Assembly: GCA_019118465.1 (NCBI GenBank)
Contig: DWYX01000018.1
Location: forward strand, 6,525 to 70,524
Length of the DNA: 64,000 nucleotides
From: Candidatus Limosilactobacillus faecipullorum
GTDB lineage: Bacteria; Bacillota; Bacilli; Lactobacillales; Lactobacillaceae
Reading direction: 5' to 3'
Both the position numbers and the translations under genes were made by a program. Shown one piece after another: positions 59,543 to 64,000 of this stretch; within the stretch, counting starts at the first letter, position 1, and every line of letters begins with the position of its first letter. The notes beneath the pieces were generated by a model. That model did not search any database and was not told where the DNA came from. It saw only the letters and a list, made by a program, of their open reading frames with translations.

Positions 59543-60125
59543 TTGGTGCTCCCTTCACTAACGCCGCAACGGCTTTACTTCGATGATCATACTTTACAAA
59601 TTCAGCAATTGGTAAAATTCCTAAGGTTTGGTTTAAGCCGGTCGGAATTAAAATCTGGTCTAAACCATGGCCAACCGGTGCAATTTGCCTGGCAATTTTC
59701 CCAACCAAAACTCCCTGGTAAGTTGCAAGGGTTTGACCCCCTTTGGCAAGGGCGATTACCGTTTGCATTTTAAACCCGCGGTCTGGATCAACGGCCCGCT
59801 CAATCAAATCTTGATTAACGGCATGGGTACCATACTTGGCTTTTAACTGGCGAGCCGTTTGTACACCAAGTTCATTTGGCCGACCCGTAAGTTTGATTCC
59901 AGAATCATCCGCAATCACTAGCCGATCTGGTAAGGTTTGACTGATAAATTCTGCTTTCTTAATTGCGTTTGCCCGGTAACTGGTTGTGCCTTCGGCGGGA
60001 AAATTTAGCTTTTTTCCAAGTACTTCGGCATAAGAAACCCCATCGGCACCAAAGAAATTTAACTCCCGGGTTAGTTCACTAATCTTAAAATCATTATTTG
60101 TTGCAATCACAAATTCGAGTTGCAT
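59517..60125 (-). CDS. HAM1/ITPase-family pyrophosphatase, probable dihydroneopterin triphosphate pyrophosphatase
   Basis: ATNN..K, NA..KA, ADDSG, GVQTAR and HR.KA motifs; located inside the fol operon. Confidence 0.8.
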   Translation of the reverse strand: MQLEFVIATNNDFKISELTRELNFFGADGVSYAEVLGKKLNFPAEGTTSYRANAIKKAEFISQTLPDRLVIADDSGIKLTGRPNELGVQTARQLKAKYGTHAVNQDLIERAVDPDRGFKMQTVIALAKGGQTLATYQGVLVGKIARQIAPVGHGLDQILIPTGLNQTLGILPIAEFVKYDHRSKAVAALVKGAPNAIKEVES

Positions 60126-61387
60126 TCGCTTGCCCTCTTCACTTTTAAGACATCTTTAATCAAATAAAATGATCCCGTTACAACAATTACCGTTTCTTCA
60201 TCTGCTACTTGTTCAGCTTCTTTAAGGGCTGTTTTAACATTCTGGCATACTCTTCCCTGGGGAAGGACTTGCTGGAGCTTCTCAGCTACTAACGCTCGCT
60301 TTGGATTATCCGGCGTAACCAAGTAAAACTGTGTCCCGAGTTCTTGGTAAGTTTTGACCATTTGGACAACATTTTTATCAGCTAAAAAGCCCAAAATAAA
60401 AGTAAACTTCCGGTTCGGAAATTGAACTTTCAAAGCCATAGTCAAACGCTTCGCTCCATCCGGATTATGAGCTCCATCGATAATTTCAAGCGGTTGATGA
60501 TTAATTAACTGAAAACGTCCTGGAAGATTAACTTTAGTTAAAAACTTTTTAATCTCAGGTGTTGTCCAATCAATTGAGAGGGTCGTTAGAGCAGTGAGGG
60601 CTGTTTTTAGGTTTGCCAGTTGATATTCGCCTAATAAGCCAAAGTCACTAATCACCGTTTGCCCTTTAAATTCAACTTTAACCCGGTTTTTTGCCACCCA
60701 TTCGGCTGGAAAATCAGCCGCTGAAATTAGCGGTAGCTCTACTTTTGTAGCCCTTTTTTTCAAAACCATCAAGGCTTCAGGAGCTTGGTCAGGAGCAATG
60801 ATTGCGGCTGGGCTACCAGCCTTTAAAATTCCCGCTTTGGCTTTTGCAATCGCCGTTAAGGTTGACCCTAAAATCCGGGTGTGATCCAAAGCCAAGTGGG
60901 TAATTACCGCTAATTCAGGCGCCGCAATTGCATTAGTGGCATCATTTTGCCCCCCTAAGCCAACTTCGATTACTGCCCAGTCAACCTTGGCATCCGCGAA
61001 AACTTGCAAGGCAATCAATGTCCACCATTCAAAAACGGTTAGATCGGAAGGAACGATTCCGGCCGGTAATTTTTGGCAGATGGTTTCATAAGCTTTAACA
61101 AAGGCTTTCTTCGTGACCAACTGGTTGTTAATTTGGACTTGTTCCCGGTCATCAAGCATTGCCGGACTGGCAAAGTGACCAACTTGATACCCCTTGACCA
61201 TTAAGGCCTGGGTAATGATCTGACCGGTTGACCCTTTACCATTGGTTCCTGCGATGTGGATAACTTGGTATTGTTGATCCGGGTTACCAAGGGCAACTAA
61301 GATCCGGCGTAAAAGGCCAACCCGATCATTCTCACCAGCCTTCATCGCTGGGGAAAATTGTTGAATAATCGCTTCGTAACTAAGCAT
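60107..61387 (-). CDS. folC: folylpolyglutamate synthase/dihydrofolate synthase
   Basis: HIAGTNGKGS, EVGLGG..DATN, DGAHN and TGSFY motifs. Confidence 0.95.
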   Translation of the reverse strand: MLSYEAIIQQFSPAMKAGENDRVGLLRRILVALGNPDQQYQVIHIAGTNGKGSTGQIITQALMVKGYQVGHFASPAMLDDREQVQINNQLVTKKAFVKAYETICQKLPAGIVPSDLTVFEWWTLIALQVFADAKVDWAVIEVGLGGQNDATNAIAAPELAVITHLALDHTRILGSTLTAIAKAKAGILKAGSPAAIIAPDQAPEALMVLKKRATKVELPLISAADFPAEWVAKNRVKVEFKGQTVISDFGLLGEYQLANLKTALTALTTLSIDWTTPEIKKFLTKVNLPGRFQLINHQPLEIIDGAHNPDGAKRLTMALKVQFPNRKFTFILGFLADKNVVQMVKTYQELGTQFYLVTPDNPKRALVAEKLQQVLPQGRVCQNVKTALKEAEQVADEETVIVVTGSFYLIKDVLKVKRASECNSNL

Positions 61388-61952
61388 TTTGCCCTCGGGA
61401 TTGGTTTAAAAATTCCTGCCGCAAAGCAAGGTCCGTTCTGAAAACGCCCGTAAAGCGATTTGTATAGGTAAACTGACCAGTCTTTTGGACGCCCCGCATT
61501 TCCATACATAGGTGTCGAGCAGCGACAGTAACTGCCACCCCCGCTGGATCCAGGATCCGGGTTAATTCAGCCACTAGTTCAGTCGTAACCCGCTCTTGCA
61601 TCCCCGGTTTTTTGGCCACAAAATCCACCAACCGCGGGATCTTACTTAGACCAATCACTTTCCCATTCTTGGGAACATAGGCCACGCTAACCGTCCCAAA
61701 AAAAGGTAAAAAGTGGTGTTCACACATTGAATAGAAGGGGATCGCTTGTACTAGGACCATTTCCGGTTGATCATCGACCGAAAATGTCTTGTAGGTCGCC
61801 ACGTCTTCGGGTTGCTTACCTAAAGACCCAAAAACTTCAGCGTACATCTTTGCCACCCGTTGGGGCGTTTCTTGCAGGCCTTCCCGTTCCGGATCCTCGC
61901 CAATCGCAAGTAATAATTCATGTACTGCTTTTTCAATTCTTACTTGATCCAT
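61380..61952 (-). CDS. folE: GTP cyclohydrolase I
   Basis: TPQRVA, SMCEHH, GLSK, QER and HLCMEMRG motifs. Confidence 0.97.
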   Translation of the reverse strand: MDQVRIEKAVHELLLAIGEDPEREGLQETPQRVAKMYAEVFGSLGKQPEDVATYKTFSVDDQPEMVLVQAIPFYSMCEHHFLPFFGTVSVAYVPKNGKVIGLSKIPRLVDFVAKKPGMQERVTTELVAELTRILDPAGVAVTVAARHLCMEMRGVQKTGQFTYTNRFTGVFRTDLALRQEFLNQSRGQNA

Positions 61953-62449
61953 GTATTAACTTCCTCTTTTTCTCGAATGATTTTTAACCAGTTTTGGTCC
62001 GGGGTCGTCGCCAACTGATGGGAAAGGATTTCCCGTAATTCATTTTCTTGAACAATTGTCAGTAGCGGCTCTAATTCAAAGCGCCGATTCTTAATCTCCG
62101 GATGGGGAATTTTTAAGGCCGCACTTTGATATTCCTCATCATTAAAGAAGAGAATATCCAGGTCAATCGTCCGAGGTCCCCAATGAATTAGGCGTCGTCG
62201 CCGCAATGATTGCTCAATGACGTGTAAGTATTTCAGTAGATCAGCGGCGTTCAAACGGGTCAATAACTTTAAAGCAATGTTGTAAAAAGACCGTTGTTCA
62301 ACCCCACCAACCGGTTCGGTTTCATAAACCGGTGAAATGGCTTCAACTTGATTTTCAGGTCGCAGTTGTAACATTGCTACTGCCCGTTGAAGATTTTGCA
62401 TTCGGTCGCCAATATTACTTCCAAGGCTAAGATAGACTTGATTAACCAT
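61940..62449 (-). CDS. folK: 2-amino-4-hydroxy-6-hydroxymethyldihydropteridine pyrophosphokinase
   Basis: LSLGSNIG, YETEP, WGPRTIDLDIL and IPH motifs. Confidence 0.96.
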   Translation of the reverse strand: MVNQVYLSLGSNIGDRMQNLQRAVAMLQLRPENQVEAISPVYETEPVGGVEQRSFYNIALKLLTRLNAADLLKYLHVIEQSLRRRRLIHWGPRTIDLDILFFNDEEYQSAALKIPHPEIKNRRFELEPLLTIVQENELREILSHQLATTPDQNWLKIIREKEEVNTWIK

Positions 62450-62804
62450 TTTGCTTTTCGACCTCGACTTCAACGTGATCAAAAATACCGTTAATTGGAA
62501 CTGCGTATTTCCGAATCCGGACCTTCACTGTTTTAACTTGCGGATAGTTGGTCAAGACCTCATCAGCCACCCGGTTTGCTAAACTTTCAATTAAATCATA
62601 GTTATGGGTCTTAATAAATGTCTCCACCGTTTCGTAGACAGCGGCGTAATTAACGGTCTCATTTAAATTATCATGTAAAACTTGTTTTTCAATTGGGAAG
62701 TTTAGTTCAATATCCGCTTCTAAACGTTGTCCTAACTTTTTTTCTTCCGGCAACACGCCGTTAAAGGTGTGAAAAACCATACTTTTGATTCTAATCCAAC
62801 CCAT
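62442..62804 (-). CDS. folB: dihydroneopterin aldolase
   Basis: GVLPEE..LGQ, TVNY and LIESLA motifs. Confidence 0.94.
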   Translation of the reverse strand: MGWIRIKSMVFHTFNGVLPEEKKLGQRLEADIELNFPIEKQVLHDNLNETVNYAAVYETVETFIKTHNYDLIESLANRVADEVLTNYPQVKTVKVRIRKYAVPINGIFDHVEVEVEKQNG

Positions 62805-62822
62805 TCTTTCTCAATCCCCCAT

Positions 62823-63503
62823 TTAAATTCCAATGCTTATTAGAATTGCGCTCATCGCTAACAAATTATTCAGCCCGTGAATTACAATTGAACATGACAA
62901 CCGCCGGGTTTTCTGGTAAACATAGGCTAAAATTAACCCCATCGCAAAGTAAATTAAAAAACTAAGCGGATTGGTGCTAGCGTGTTCAGCCGAAAAAATT
63001 ATCCCAGAAATCAAAATCGGCCACCAAAGCATCGTCGGTTCAAAAAACATATCAATCAAGATTCGCCGGAAAATTAATTCTTCAGCAATCGGACTCAGCA
63101 CGACGGCACCAAAAGTCATTGTATACATAATGGCTGATTGGTGGCTCATTAACTTGATAATAATCAGATCATTCGCCGTTTGGGTTTGGTGATAAATTAG
63201 CTGATTTAGGGTGCCCAAAAGGAACTGGGCGCAAAAGATAGCTAACCAACCGCCAAAGACCCAATCAATTTTCATTCGCCTTGTCATTGCCGGTTTGGGG
63301 CCTTTTCCTAACCGCCAACTCACCCAAAACGCCAAACCTAACAGTACCAAAAAGCTCACAAAATATGCTCCGATCCAACTAAAATTGTCGCTTTTCCGGG
63401 CATAAATTAGAAAGGCCGGTGGTACTTGAATGGCAAGGGCGAAAAAAATCATGATCGCGACCCGCACCCAAAGTGGTTGTTGTTTCAAGCTCTTTTCGCT
63501 CAT
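62823..63503 (-). CDS. CPBP/CAAX (Abi) family intramembrane metalloprotease
   Basis: EELIFR, FS..H and H..NN motifs; start at ATG 63503. Confidence 0.88.
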   Translation of the reverse strand: MSEKSLKQQPLWVRVAIMIFFALAIQVPPAFLIYARKSDNFSWIGAYFVSFLVLLGLAFWVSWRLGKGPKPAMTRRMKIDWVFGGWLAIFCAQFLLGTLNQLIYHQTQTANDLIIIKLMSHQSAIMYTMTFGAVVLSPIAEELIFRRILIDMFFEPTMLWWPILISGIIFSAEHASTNPLSFLIYFAMGLILAYVYQKTRRLSCSIVIHGLNNLLAMSAILISIGI

Positions 63504-63504
63504 C

Positions 63505-64000
63505 TTAACCTTCAATCTGGGCGGTACTTGCCCGTTCAACCAAGTTAACTGGCATCTTAACTAGCTGTTGGTTTAGCTTACCTTCTTTATCGCTTAACCG
63601 CTTAAAGATTAGCTTAGCGGCTTCATTTCCCAATTGTTGAATTGGTTGGTGAATCGTCGTCAAAGCTGGCGTAACATATTCATCCAAGTCGATGTCATCA
63701 AAGCCAATGATTGAAATTTGGCGAGGAACCTCAATGTTGCGTTCAGTTAAGCCCCGGTACAAACCAATGGCTAACTCATCGTTGGCACAGAAAACTGCGG
63801 TTGGTTGCTTGGCTAAAACAGCGGCGGTGTTATCATAACCACCCCGCTTGGTAAATTCCGTTTTTACAACGTTATCTTCATCAAAACTAACTCCCGCCGC
63901 ATTTAAAGTATTCTTAAAGCCGGCTAACCGTTCAAGAACGTTTTCAGTTGGTTGCTCCGGTAAGTACATCACCAGTTGCTTGTGTCCAAGCTTTAAGAGG
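63505..64000 (-). CDS. LacI-family regulator, C-terminal part (5' end outside the window)
   Basis: FCANDE.A, VP..ISIIGFDD, PALTTI.QP and RAST motifs. Confidence 0.9.
   Translation of the reverse strand, partial: LLKLGHKQLVMYLPEQPTENVLERLAGFKNTLNAAGVSFDEDNVVKTEFTKRGGYDNTAAVLAKQPTAVFCANDELAIGLYRGLTERNIEVPRQISIIGFDDIDLDEYVTPALTTIHQPIQQLGNEAAKLIFKRLSDKEGKLNQQLVKMPVNLVERASTAQIEG

Overview
Core-chromosome window of a lactic acid bacterium. Gene content and order suggest Lactobacillaceae, probably Limosilactobacillus-like (inference). Most genes are housekeeping genes on the minus strand: glnA, miaA, glucokinase cluster, rpmG, pbp2b, greA-udk, pheST with T-box, yidC, a two-component pair, rpmF, yqeG-yqeH-nadD-yqeK-rsfS cluster, infC-rpmI-rplT with L20 leader, polA-mutM-coaE-nrdR-dnaB-dnaI, murC, ecsAB-trmB, prsA, yhaM, pbp2a, argS with T-box, tRNA-Gly(CCC), and a folB-folK-folE-folC-HAM1-folP operon. 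I saw no transposase, prophage or CRISPR array. The main accessory feature is a ~4.6 kb operon between pbp2b and rpmG: wecB, a membrane protein with a degenerate GGDEF-like domain, an unannotated 52-aa membrane microprotein, a processive GT2 synthase and a GH8 hydrolase. It looks like a minimal Listeria Pss-type (ManNAc) exopolysaccharide system and carries a homopolymer frameshift in the GH8 gene and an E->K change in the WecB motif. The second notable feature is a dispersed non-coding MITE/terminator-like repeat family, with two ~185-bp copies, two internally deleted copies and many solo hairpins. One copy has a ~235-bp structured insert inside its hairpin loop. All calls come from reading the sequence and recognising motifs; no database searches were run.
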